Assembly (NCBI GenBank): GCA_038087875.1
Contig: CM075990.1
Coordinates: 4,776,001 to 4,840,000 of the forward strand
DNA: 64,000 nt
Source of the DNA: Malacoraja senta
Taxonomy: Eukaryota
Direction: 5' to 3'
A program made the position numbers and the translations under genes. Shown piece after piece: positions 11,620-23,923 of this stretch. The first letter of the stretch is position 1. Every line of letters begins with the position of its first letter. Under the pieces are notes generated by a model, which was not told the DNA's origin, ran no database searches, and worked only from the letters and a program-made list of their open reading frames with translations.

Positions 11620-14600
11620 GTGAGTAGAAAATGTTTTTTTGTGATATATTTTAAGCTCTGTCATGAATGGAGCGTGTCATATGTTTTATGAGTGAGACAG
11701 ATAGAATAGCGTATGCTTTCATACAGGATACAGCTCAGATTAGTTTGCAGCATGGTTGTACAATTCTCAATTCTGTATTTCATTAATTAGCTTTTATTCG
11801 GTTTTTGAAATGTGGGCAGTGCTGGGAAGACCAGCCGTTATAGTCTGTACCAGTTGGTCTTGAGAATGTGGTGCTAAGCCGCCACCTTGAAACAGTGTAA
11901 TCCTTCTGGCAAAGTTGCTGTTGTGTAGGGTGGGGGTGTGGAGTTCCAACTAAAGGGAGGTGGGTATAGCTAGCTGCAGCCTCATAAGTTCATAAGTGAT
12001 AGGAGCAGAATTAGGCTGTTTGGCCCATCAAGTCTGCTCTGCCATTCAATCATGGCTGATTTATCATTCCCTCTGAAACCCATTCTCCTGCCTTCTCCCC
12101 ATAACTCCTGACACCTGTACTAATCAAGCATCTATCTATCTCTGCCTTTAAAATATCCATTGATTTGACCTTGTTCTCATAATCCTCTGGACCCTCTCCA
12201 GCGCCAGCACATCCTTCCTCGGATATGGTGCCCAAAATTGCTCACAATACTCGCAGCTCCAGCGACCCGGGTACAATCCTGATCCCATTTCCATTGGAAA
12301 TGAACTGCTTGTCCAATGTCTCCTGCTAGCCACAGAGGAATGGTCTGTGTTTCTTTTAAGTTGGCAATAGGAAAGTATTGGTAGGTGGAAAATACAATAC
12401 AGACTTTACTTTGATGCTAATGCAAAGCGAGTGCTGTCAAATCCAGCAGTGGGAATGCCGCTGCCAAGTTTGTGAGGTTTTGTACAACTCCTTAAAACTG
12501 GGTTCAACACTTTGATGGACCCAACCTCAATTTTAATCTCCTGTGGGTTGGGTGCCAGATCAAAGCTGGCCTCAAGTGTGTTCTGTCAAAAAAGCTTTCT
12601 AGTGCCATACATACCTAATTGGGTGGGCGCCATATCTTTTAAGAGAAGTTGGCTAATTCTGTTGGGTTGAGTATAAACTAGCTTAGCCGGGAATGGGAAC
12701 CTGGTGACCATTGTGGAAGAGAGAGAGACAAAATTGGTTATGGAAGGTAGGGATTTAATAAATGAGTCTAGTCAGAGGTATGAGTTGGAAAGCAGAGGAA
12801 GAAAGACTGGAAGTGTTTAATTGTGTGTTTAATGCAATGCAAGAGTCATGTGAAGAGAGGCAATGAACTGAAGGCATGGAAATACTGTGGGAATATGATC
12901 TAGCCACTTCTGAAACTTGGATTAAAAATCAGTGTGGATTATAAAGTCTGAGGCAAGATGGTTTAAGGAAAAGGGGGGTCGGCAATATTGTTGAAGGAAA
13001 GTTACAGCTGTGAGATGAATGATCTGTTCCAAATCCACAAAATAAACCACATGAGATAAGGAGAAATCATTGGGATCACCAAACAGGAAGATGAAGATGA
13101 ACAATACCTATTTTTTTTCATTGTTCTGAGAAATGTAACAACAATTAGGCAGAAATTTCAACTACATATAACGTTATTGGGGTCATCGACGGAGTAAAAG
13201 ATGTAGAAGGCACAGAATTCTTGAAATGCATTCGAGAGTATTATCTTAAATCGGAAAGCGAGGCTATGGTGCTGGGTTTAATTTTAGGTAAGCATTGGTC
13301 CTCCAAATAGATGGTAATGTTAGAGTGAAGACTATGACTTAATTAGATTATCATAAGGACATGGTCATAATGAAGCCATGGTGAAATCGCATTTAGCACA
13401 ATGCTGGTGCCGCATAACAACAATATACATGGCCTTTGAAGAAGTAAACCTTCATGAAGGACTGCAATATTTACTTTTGCCTATTGTGACCATATTCTTA
13501 TTCAGAATGTAGATTGATGAGATCGAGGTTAAGTCATTTTCCTCGATGTTATTTCCCTTGACACCTGCAACAAATGTAGTCTGTTAGTAACCAGCTGTGT
13601 TCTTCAGGCTTCAGCCAGTTCAATAACTGATGGTACTACCAGACTGATCATGGCATGTGTGCTACGCTGATGCAGACTAAAGCACTGCAACATAGAGTAG
13701 TACAGCTCAGGAATACACCATTTTGGCCCACATGTCACTTCTGGTGCTTCTCCATGTTGAACATCACCGTGGAACATTATCTCCAATTGAGCGATGGTAG
13801 CAAACAGTCATCTACTTGATGACATGGTGTGCAATATTACACAACTTTTTTCTCCCATACCTGTCGTACTTCCGTGTATTCAATTAAAAAAAAAATCTAA
13901 ACTGGTTTAGAGCATGTGAGTTGCTTGTGTACCTGGGATTTTGAGGGACAGCTTTAGTTTAAAATAATTTTGCCAAATGGTGTATGATATTTTTGTTTTG
14001 CTTATGGCCATTTCTTGCTGGGGTAGGGGGAAAGATGGTGAGGGCAAACCTATGTTTATTTGGAAGGAGGGAAGAGTTGTTTTTTGGGTTTTTTTTTTGT
14101 GTGAACAAACATAACATGCCATCTAGTGCCAGAGTATTGGAACATCCGCACAAAAGCTACACAAATCTGGCATCCTCAGGACTTTTTAGTCTGACTGGCA
14201 GATTTTCTGGATTCTTGGAAATTATTCTTATTAGTATCCCAATGTTCTTTCAATTAATTTTTAAGATTTTGCATAGTAGTTAATACACTTTAAACCCAAT
14301 GAGTTTAAAGGGAGCGCACAAAATGCCCAGCGTGCCAGGTGCTGAACCATCCGCATTTCCGAATATCGTGGATTATCAATTTTGCTGTAATGGCCTTGTG
14401 ATAGCCATTTCATCTCACAGTTTGGTTGATCTTAGTTCTTTCTGTTGTTTCCATAGCAGGTCCATCACTGTATTCAATTAGATTCTAATTAAAATCAATG
14501 CAGCTGCATGCACTGCTATTTGGTAGATATCTAAATGCATATTGTTGCTACGCAAATGGTGGATAATTGTCTCATTATGTCTACGACAGATCCCAACAGA

Positions 14601-14919
14601 TCTTTTCACTGTACGTCAGTACACGTGACAATAAACTAAATTGAACTTTTCCATTCTCCTGCTCTTTGCATCAGAGCCCCATGACTAATTTTTCTTGAAA
14701 TGCGTATCCAATTTTCTTGAAGTTGTTGATCAATTCTATACCCGCTACATCTACAGCCACTGTATTTCAGATCACAACTACTGATGAAAATGACTTAAAT
14801 CTGGCATTTTCAACACATGATGCTGGGCGGGATGTGATGTCGGCATTGTGGCAGATCAGAGAGAGATGCATCATAAGATTATATAAAAACGAATTCTCAT
14901 TTTTGCTTCTCTTTTTCAG

Positions 14920-15013
14920 GATAATGATGAATTTATATTACCAACAGGAGCAAATAAGACCAGAGGAAGATTTGAACTGGCATTTTTTACAATTGGTGGC
15001 TGCTGTATGACTG
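14920..15013 (+). CDS. TIMM23: TIMM23 coding exon 3
   Basis: tttttcag / DNDEFILPTGANKTRGRFELAFFTIGGCCMT / gtatgt; 94 nt. Confidence 0.97.
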
Positions 15014-15414
15014 GTATGTTTGGATTTTGTCATTAGAATAATCATGCCGTGCAAATTAAAGTTTAATAGACTCTCAATTTCACTGGTAGATGAGACCTTA
15101 CAAGCAAGTTAAGATCCAGAATTGAGAGATTGGTGGTGGTGGGAGGTGATTGAGGGGGGGTGGAAATGTAAGTCATGGGCAGATACACAGTGGTGACAAA
15201 CTCAATATTGTTGAGTTAGAACATAGAAGACTTTGATCAAATTGGACCTTTATTGAAACTAAGAGGTTCATGGTACATTGAGAGAACAATGGTATACTTG
15301 TGTGAGAATGCCTGGTAGATATTTAGTTTACTTGATGTTACTTGATCTGGAGCTGTGTTACTTGGTCAGTTACAATAGTTAATCTCATTCTTAATCTCCC
15401 AAACAAGAAGTCAA

Positions 15415-15729
15415 GGGAGGCACGGTGGTGCAGCAGTAGAGTTGCTGCCTTACAGTGCTTGCAGCGCCGAAGACCCGGGTTCGATTCCGACTGCGGGCGC
15501 TATCCGTACACAGTTTGCTTTCTCCCCGTGACCGCGTGAGTTTTCTCCGAGATCTTCGGTTTCCTCCCACACTCCAAAGACATACAGGTTTGTAGGTTAA
15601 TTGGCTTGGTATAAGTGTAAAATTGTCCCTAGTATGTGTAGGATAGCGCTAATGTGCGGGGATCACTGGTTGGTGCGGACTCGGTGGGCCGAAGGGCCTG
15701 TTTCCACGCTGTATCTTTAAACCAAACTA
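15415..15729 (+). mobile_element. tRNA-derived V-SINE (HE1-like), full length
   Basis: GGCACGGTGGTGCAGCAGTAGAG head, GGGTTCGATTCC B-box, core GGTTTCCTCCCACACTCCAAAGAC, CR1-like tail GGGCCGAAGGGCCTGTTTCC. Confidence 0.9.
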
Positions 15730-16252
15730 GTAATTTAATCTATGCAGATAATTCATTTTGCAACATTTCCTACTGACTAATAGTAAGTTTAATTGGAGGT
15801 GTCAGGTCACTGGAAGTGGAGGGAAATTTTTCAACTCTGTGTGGAGCCTGGAAGAGATGTGCATTTTTCTTGCAAGTATGAGTGAAAAAATGCTGATGAG
15901 CATTCCACTGTTTCTGACCAATATAGGCAAGCCAAATCAATGTAACCTTGATCCACTTGGAATTATTTCATAATGGCTCCTCATTTAGTTAATATTTAGG
16001 GTTACATACTGACTCCTTAATGTGGAAATGTATGCATCAGTAAAACAACAGATGAATGTTTTTTCATTGAATCTAACTATTTGAATGGAGCATGTAACAC
16101 GGCTTGCTCGCCAGTATTAAGACTAATTCATCATGTGTCTATAATTCACTTCATATACATGTTATTAATTGAGAATTTGCACCGGTTTCTTCAGGAAAAA
16201 GTCAGTCGTTCTTTTTTAAACCTGGAATTTTCTGTATATTTTGTTTCGTCAG

Positions 16253-16337
16253 GTGCTGCTATTGGTGCAGTAAATGGCTTGCGTCTGGGCTTGAAGGAAA
16301 CTCGGGATATGAATTGGTCAAAACCTAGAAATGTCCA
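16253..16337 (+). CDS. TIMM23: TIMM23 coding exon 4
   Basis: tcgtcag / GAAIGAVNGLRLGLKETRDMNWSKPRNVQ / gtgagt; 85 nt. Confidence 0.97.
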
Positions 16338-19300
16338 GTGAGTATTTGTTCAATGCAGACTCCTTTCCCAATTCTATAAAGAGCAAGGAAGGCTATAGAT
16401 ATATAAACCATAGAATTTTGTAATCAATGTAAAGCTAAATTGATAAAGCGTGTAGGTGGTATGAAACAGAGGGACCCACTAGTGTTTTTCTCCCAAACTA
16501 GGTTTAATGAAGGGCCTTGGCCCAAAATGTCACCTATTCCTTTTCTCCGGAGATTCTGCCTAACTCCATCTAGAAGAAGCACATGCCATATTCAGATTTA
16601 TTTTTGTGAAAATCTATTAGTAAATCAAGAAAGGACATTGTGTGTGCATTTATGTTTGGATATTTTCAAGATAAATAAATCAATTGGTATTCCAGTGACT
16701 AAAAGTGGTTTCAGTGGCGCTCCTCTATATATTTAGACACTTTGATAATGCAAAATCTATAATTATACATTTTAACCATGTACGATACTATATCCTATTC
16801 ATGTAGATGCAACCATGTATAAGTTGCAGATTTTCGATACTGTATAAATCTGTAACCTATACCTGTTGCATGTATGTACAAGTCTGCCATTTAGAGGATA
16901 GGCGTTTTACATAAAAGCCTTCCTTAAATTGAAAATGCACATAACTTCCTTACCTCGTCCCCATCCATAACATTTGGATTAATAGTGTGTGTTTGGCTTG
17001 CATTAGTGGTAGGGAAGTTGCTGCCTGTTACGTATTACTCCATGAGGGGGAGTTGCACTTGTGTGCTGTCATTCTCACAGCTGGTGAATCTGGGTTCCTC
17101 TCTAAATCTGAAAGCTCCGAGTCAGAGGAAATGCCTTGCATGGATTTCAAGGGTGCAAATTCCATACTAAGCACAGATTTTCTGTGGGGCATGAAGATGT
17201 GATTATTCTTATTGGAGTAAATCGGTGTCATGGAGCTAAATTCTATTACGTAACCTATTGGGCTTGCAAACTGTTCCCGAAGTACTAATCATTATAAATG
17301 TAACCATAAAGCTCCATAGTGGAGATGGAAATGTTATAGTGAAATTAGGCAGTTCAAAACACTTGCATCTGAATGTATTTATGACCTTTTTTTTACGTTG
17401 TCCAAATGCAAGTTTGTTTTTGTATCAGCAGGGGTTGTCGTATGTGTTCTATTGCCGATGAATTAGTTTTGAAAAGTTATATCTAGTTGGAATAGGGAAA
17501 TGTCATGAGTAACAACTCTGGTAGACAGGCATATAATTATTTATTATTAGATGAAGGTTGTCGGCCAAATTGGCAGAATTCCCAGAGACTGAGCAGTCTT
17601 GAATGATCACTTGAACCACAGTAACGGGCAAATCTTTGCTCTAGGTTTATCATTTGGTACTGAAAGATTATATGTTGAGCAATGCAATCTTTTTACTGCC
17701 GAGTATTAACCTAAATCACGCAATCCAAATTCTATTGGATCCAAAATCATCTGACACGAAGGCCCACGTTTTTGGCTATTTGGCATACAACATTTGTTGC
17801 TTCAATAACATTCAATGGCACCTGTGACATAATATTGAGAGCTGAATCAACTTGGCTGTGTTTTTGACCAGTTAAAATATATTCCTCATTTCCAACTTTT
17901 TGAAGCCTGGATTGGTGCATTTTTTTCTTTTGCATATTACTTACACTGATAATATCATTGTATATTGCACTTAAATACCACAGTGTCCAAGGTGTGCATT
18001 CCTATGAGGATGCAGATTTTGAAGAAGGGTTTCGACCCGAAACGTTGCCTATTTCCTTCGCTCCGTAGGTGCTGCGCACCCGCTGAGTTTCTCCAGCATT
18101 TTTGTCTACATAAATAATAAGGTTTTGTTTCAAACATTGATGACTGAGAATAGCTTGCTTGCTCTCTGTGCTTGGTGCTGAGAAGCCCTTGGGGTGGGGG
18201 AAACAATGCATGTAATGTGTGAGAGGAAAAACATGAAGGTTGGAGCAAATGAATTTTGAGATGCTTTAGTAGAGCTTTGATCAGCATGGTTTTTGTACCT
18301 TGATCTCTTTCTTGCAGTGTTGCTGAGCTGACAGGTTCTTTTTTGATTAGATTAGCAGTTAATTGTGACACAGGCACAAGATGTTTCATTAAAAATACCC
18401 CCCACCTTCCATTAAAAAGCTGGCAAATCCATTCAGCTGAAACTAGGGGAGGCTTGTGACTTCTGAGTGGAGGCTAAAGTCCATTGTAGTTAAGTGCTGG
18501 AGTCGGGTTAACTCCACTGTTCAAATTGGTAGCATTGACTGGTTCCCAGCAAGGCAGAGAAATATGACCACTAATGCCTATGGAGCAAGTCTTCAGCTCC
18601 ATTGACATTGGGAGAATGGTTGGGGGTTGGGTGTGGGTGGGTGTGTGTGTGTGTGTGTGATCTCTCTTTGGTTTAATTCAATTTATGTTTTTTTAATTTA
18701 TGTCATTGCACAAATGTTGTACAAGTGTCAACATTTGCGTCCATTGAATCTAGATGCTGTCTTTTGCCAGTGAGCCTGTGGGCAGGATCTTGAAGACTAT
18801 CAAGACAATGTACCTGTGCTATGAGAAGCCTGGTGGTCCACTGGGCCTCTGGTCAGGCTCAAGTAAAAGTGTGTATGGGGAAACAATGAAATAAGGGGCA
18901 GGTGATTGGATTTGAGCAGCTTTGTTTCCCTGCCACTCCACTGAACACATTAATTTTCCTGTTTCTGCATTACGCAGAATTGGACAAAAGGTGAATACAG
19001 GAAATGGTTTGGGACGAGACAGGATGGTAAAATAGACAAGTAGTGATAGATTACATTTAATACAGCATAATATGAAATACTGAATATTTGGGGATGAAGC
19101 TAAGAGGCAATACAAATTTAAAAACAAACTGTTGAAGGAACTCAGCCGATCAGGCAGCATCTGTGGAGGGAATGGACAGATTACATTTTGCATTTGGATC
19201 TTTCTCCAGATTTTTTTTGGGGCGGGAGGTGGAACTAGGCTGGAAGTATGAGATGGTGGTGGAGTAAGACCTGGTAAGTGATAGATGTATACCAGGGCTC

Positions 19301-19984
19301 TCGCTTAACTTTTTTTCCCTGTTGCCAGCCGGGCAACCTTGGCAGCTTTTTAGGTTGCCAAATGACAGTTTAGGTGGTCATTTAAGATGGCTTGCATGAC
19401 GCGTGCGATAATGTGCTTGGACGAAGTGCGTAGTTACCAGTCGGAATTATACTCAATGAAGCATTCACATATTATTTCTGCTTCAAAAAAAGTCACAAAC
19501 TAAACATATTCACCAATCAAGACATGATATATCCCACAATGACATGCAGCAAAATTATAAGGCAGTATCTCAACTCTTTTTACACATTGCAATTAATGCA
19601 ATTTCTATTAGTTCTTTCCACTTCCACTTCCAAACAAAAATGTGGTTCGATTATTCAGCATATGATCAACCTGTGTCAATAAATCCTGGACCATGGTAAC
19701 ATATATGCGTACGTATAGTTGTGAATGTTGTTCATTAAATAACTACAGTACTGATATTCCATATTAAGAGCATTGATTTGCTGTTAAAATGAATTCTGTA
19801 GTAACGTGTCAACGGCAGCAGTGACAATCGAACACTGCGGTTTTAATGTTTCACGTGTTCACAATTTAATTAATCCATCTTTATGGATTAAAACAAATAA
19901 TAACATTGAGAATTAAAAAAAATGTGATTGCATTCCGTTATCAAACATATTCAATGTTCGCTCTGAAGACATTTCCAGCACAAT

Positions 19985-20830
19985 AGGGTCAGGGAGGGGT
20001 GTGTGTGAATCAGTGCGGGGTGGATAGATGGCGGGGGGGGGGGGGGGGGAGGGGAGTTGGAAGGCAGTCGGTGCAGAATGGATGGATTGAGGCAGGTGAA
20101 TTAGTACGTTTTGGTTGGAGTAGGTAAAATTGTGAGGGGAGAGCACCGGGGATGTCAGTGGTGTTGAATGGGGGGTTCAGTACGGGATGGATGGGGGTAG
20201 ACAAAAGTGCTGGAGAAACTCAGCGGGTGAGGCAGCATCTATGGAGCGAAGGAAATAGGCAACGTTTCGGGTCAAGACCCTTCTTCAGACTGTTCCCCCC
20301 ATTCTTCTTGAATGGGAGGATCAGTACAGGATGGATGGGGGGTGGGGAGATCAGCGCAGGATGAATGGGGGGGAGTCAGTACAGTGTGGATCGGAGGGTC
20401 TGTGCAGGATGAATGGGCGATCATTACAGGATGAATGAGGGGAAGGTGCAGGGTAAATGGAGGGTGGGTCAGTATGGGATGAATGCGTGGATTAGTACAG
20501 GATGGATGGGGGATCAGTACAGGATGGATGGAGGAGAAGTGCAGGATGGATGGGAAAGGGGTAAGTACAGATTGAATTGGGGAACGAGTGTAGGATGTAT
20601 GGGGGGGGGGGTGGCAGGAGAATGAATGCGAGGTGGATAGGGTGATCAGCGCAGGATGAATAGATGGGGGGGGTAGATGGGGAGGGGAGCACAGGGGATG
20701 TCAGTGAGGACTGAATAGAGGCGGGAATGGGGATCAGTGCGGGATGGAGTGGAGGGGTCCCAGGATTAATGGGGGGGGGGTGGAGGGGGCGTACAAGAGA
20801 GAGAGAGAGAGAGGGAGAGGGAGCTAGGTG
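19985..20830 (+). repeat. G/purine-rich degenerate minisatellite (GGATGAATGGGGGATCAGTACA-like unit)
   Basis: Recurrent GGATG(A/G)ATGGG / ATCAGT(A/G)CAGG units and long G runs. Confidence 0.75.
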
Positions 20831-20994
20831 GTGCGGAAGGAAGGTCAGCGCTCCTCGGACAACATCGCTCCGCTGCCTTGGCCGTTGGGAACTCCTCGCC
20901 ACCGCCTCCTCCGCCAGCCGACAGCAAGGTGCGGGGCCGGGCGGTGCAGCTCAGAGATCGTATAGCTATAGGATCTTTGGTGCAGCTGCTTCAG

Positions 20995-21425
20995 ACGTGA
21001 CGTTTCGTGTTGGCGGCTGTTGTGCGGGGCAAAGATACTAGGTGCGGGGTGTCGAAGGGTCGGAGCGAATGACGGGTCCCGCACAGCGGCCGCGACAGCA
21101 GCTCCATCTCCTCCTCCTCCCGCCCCCCGCCCGCCCTGATAAGGGCCTCTGCTTGTAAATCCGCTAACGGGCTTTCAAAACAAACTCTCCCGCACTCCGA
21201 GGCTTCCCCCTCCCTCCCTCCTCCCGGCCTGGGAGTGCGGGAGAGTTTGTTTGAAAGCGGTTATCGCCGTTAGCGGGTTTACAAGCAGAGGCCCTTCTCA
21301 GGGCGGGAGGAGGAGGCAGTGGCGCTGCTGCCGCTGTTCGGGGCCCGTCATTCGCTCCGACCCTTCCTCACCCCGCACCTAGTATCTTTGCCCCGCACAG
21401 CCGCCGCCGACACAAAACGTCACGT
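20995..21425. repeat. GC-rich imperfect palindrome with ~200-bp arms
   Basis: 20995-21203 pairs with 21227-21425, e.g. TGTGCGGGGCAAAGATACTAGGTGCGGGGTG / CACCCCGCACCTAGTATCTTTGCCCCGCACA. Confidence 0.93.
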
Positions 21426-22404
21426 TCCTTTTCTCCAGAGATGCTGCCTGACCTGCGGAGTTACTCCAGTTTTTTGTGTCTATCTTCGGTACAAACCAGT
21501 ATCTGGTTGCCAAGCCGGGCAAAATGACTCGGTGTTTAGGTTGCCCGGCGGCGCTTTGAGTGGTCAGTGGCACCCGGGCAACCGCTAATTTCGAGCCCTG
21601 TATACAGGTGAGGGGTTGATTGGCAGATGGGTAGAGATAGTGACAAGCTCTGAAGGAAATCAACAATCTGAAACATTTCCGCCTCTTTCCTCTCTCCACA
21701 TTTGTGTGTGTTTTCACAATTCTCATCGGCAGTGTTTTGCTTCTCAGTTCTAGCGCTGTCTTTTGATGTCCATCTCTGCTTGCATTCCCTTTACTTACAT
21801 CAAGATCATCTGAAATTAACTGGTCAACCATCTTCCCCAAGTCAGCACCACCACTACCACTTATCAGTCAGTCTCTCCTGACCTCCACCCTATCACAGAA
21901 AGGGGGGGGGGGGGGAGAGGGGGGGTCTTCTTTCCACTCCACTCCTTTTTTTTCTGTAAGTTAAAGCATGCTTTATGATGAGTTCTGACGAAAGGTCATT
22001 AACCCAAAATGTTAATCTGGTTCCTCGCCACATTTGCTGCATGACTCGGAGTATCTCCAACATTCTTCATCTTTGTCTCCCATTAATCTTCAATGAAATA
22101 CATGTTCCCCGCATGCTGCAAGACCCGCTGTGGCTTTTGATGTTCAGTGTCAAAATCATTTATTTCCCTTTAGTGTGAAACCAAATCATGTCGATAAACA
22201 CAATTAAGACAAATGCCTCTTCATCTGCTTGAAATGACTCCCACTGTCAGTAATCCATTTTGTGTAGCTCACTTCAAACAGGACCTCAGTCTGGAAGGAT
22301 TAATTGTATAATTACATTGCCTGGTACTTTAAATGGTCACATTGATATAGCCCTATGGTTGCATTAATTAAATCCTTTGATAATTACCTAATTTTATTTT
22401 TGTG

Positions 22405-22560
22405 TAATATTAGCTCTTTTCAATGTTTTTCACAGCCTCAAGTTGTCCCAATGCATTTTACAACCATTAGGTACTTTTCTATGAAGAGTAGTGACTATGG
22501 TATGTCGTAAATAATTTGTGTACAGGAGGTACACAGTAATGTGAACAGTAATGCAAAATA
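22405..22560 (-). mobile_element. Degraded Deu-domain SINE (SacSINE/AmnSINE-like) 3' part
   Basis: Resembles the recalled consensus CCTCAGGACGTCCCAAAGCGCTTTACAGCCAATGAAGTACTTTT...GTAGTCACTG. Confidence 0.5.
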
Positions 22561-23249
22561 GTTTTCAATCACTGCTGATCCATGATGTCTGACTTTTTGG
22601 CTACTTTTGCAGATACAAATTAAGGTCAAAATTAAATGCCCAGTTTGCTGTTTTGTTTTCCTCTTTCCACCCATCTTTATTGGCTTCCAGTTGAACGAGA
22701 ACAACAATCCAAAAGACAACAGTGCAGGCTCTTGTAGAGAAGAACCTGATGAGCTACTTGGGGGAAGCTGATTTTTAATGGTATCTCGCCATCAGTTACT
22801 CTCACTGAACATTTGGAACAACACTACGTTTAGTAAATGTTGACCTCCACAGTTACTGACTTTTCATTATCTGTAATTTCCCCAAGGTCGCCTAACTTTT
22901 CGTCACGTCTTATCAATAGTTGTACAGCTGTTTCAGCGAGTACGTGTTATTAGTCTGATCCACCAAGCCCAGAAGATCGCTTATCTTTTTTTTCAGGAAT
23001 GCTGCATTTATTGCAGAGAAATATCTTGTTTGTCCCTTTTTTTCTCCCAACTGAATTTCATCCTAATTTATTACAGTTCTAGAAATGTAATGGTACTGCA
23101 GTGATGAGCATTTGATATTCAAAGTTGAAACATCAATTAATAATCCTGCTTTAACAATCATGTATAATCAACAGCATTGGTGAATCGATGAAAAAAATAT
23201 GTTGTAAACACTTTAAAAATACAATTTCTACTAATTATGGTACTATTGA

Positions 23250-23923
23250 CGAGTGGCGCCGCGAGTAGGCAGCCTCGCCAGCAGCTGTTCGTCCTTTCGA
23301 CTTTTTTTGTTTTTAGTATGTCTAAAAGTATGTTTTAATGAGTGGGGGCGGGGGGGGGGGGAACTGTTTTTCAGTCACTTACCTCGGTGGAATGTGACTT
23401 TTCTCCTAGTCGCATTTTCGCCCTTCCTCGCGGCCTAACAGCTTGGATTGGTGCGGCCTCTCCCGGAGTCGGGCCCGGAACTTCTAGCCGTGGGCGCGGC
23501 GTGGAATTTTCATCACGGAGCCTGGGAGAAGAGCTCCGACCACCGGCCTGCGGCCCATAACATCGTGAAGCAGCGGTCGTAGGAAGCAGTGAAGCGGCCG
23601 ATTCGGGACATCCGAGCCGCGGAGTGTCCGTCCGCCCTGACGTCGGAGTTTTGATCATCCCGCCGAGAGAGCCTGTACATCGGGCCGTCCGTAGCGGCGA
23701 CTGCGGTGGGTTCATGGCCGCGACCACGGATGAACAAAGGGGGAGGACTGACTGAACGTTATTGCCTTCCACCACAGTGAAGAATGTTGATTCCACTGTG
23801 GTGGATGTTCATGTTGTATTTTATTGTGTATTGTGCTCTTTGTGATTGTATGGCTGCATGGTAAATCAAATTCCATTGTACCTTAATTTGTGCATGTGGC
23901 AATAAATGTGAACTTGAACTTGA
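23250..23923 (+). mobile_element. GC-rich non-autonomous retroelement
   Basis: GTGGCGCCG 5' end, CpG-rich body, 12-bp stem TCCACCACAGTG/CACTGTGGTGGA, AATAAA then (GAACTT)n tail. Confidence 0.7.

Larger units (their letters stand above)
19293..21600. mobile_element. Non-autonomous DNA transposon (hAT-like termini), 2308 bp, in TIMM23 intron 4
   Basis: Termini CAGGGCTC...GAGCCCTG, subterminal GTTGCC/GGCAAC repeats, 5-bp TSD TATAC (19288-19292 and 21601-21605); no transposase ORF. Confidence 0.85.

Noticed and set aside
15415..15500. tRNA gene
   Set aside because: A and B boxes belong to a SINE head followed by the SINE core and tail
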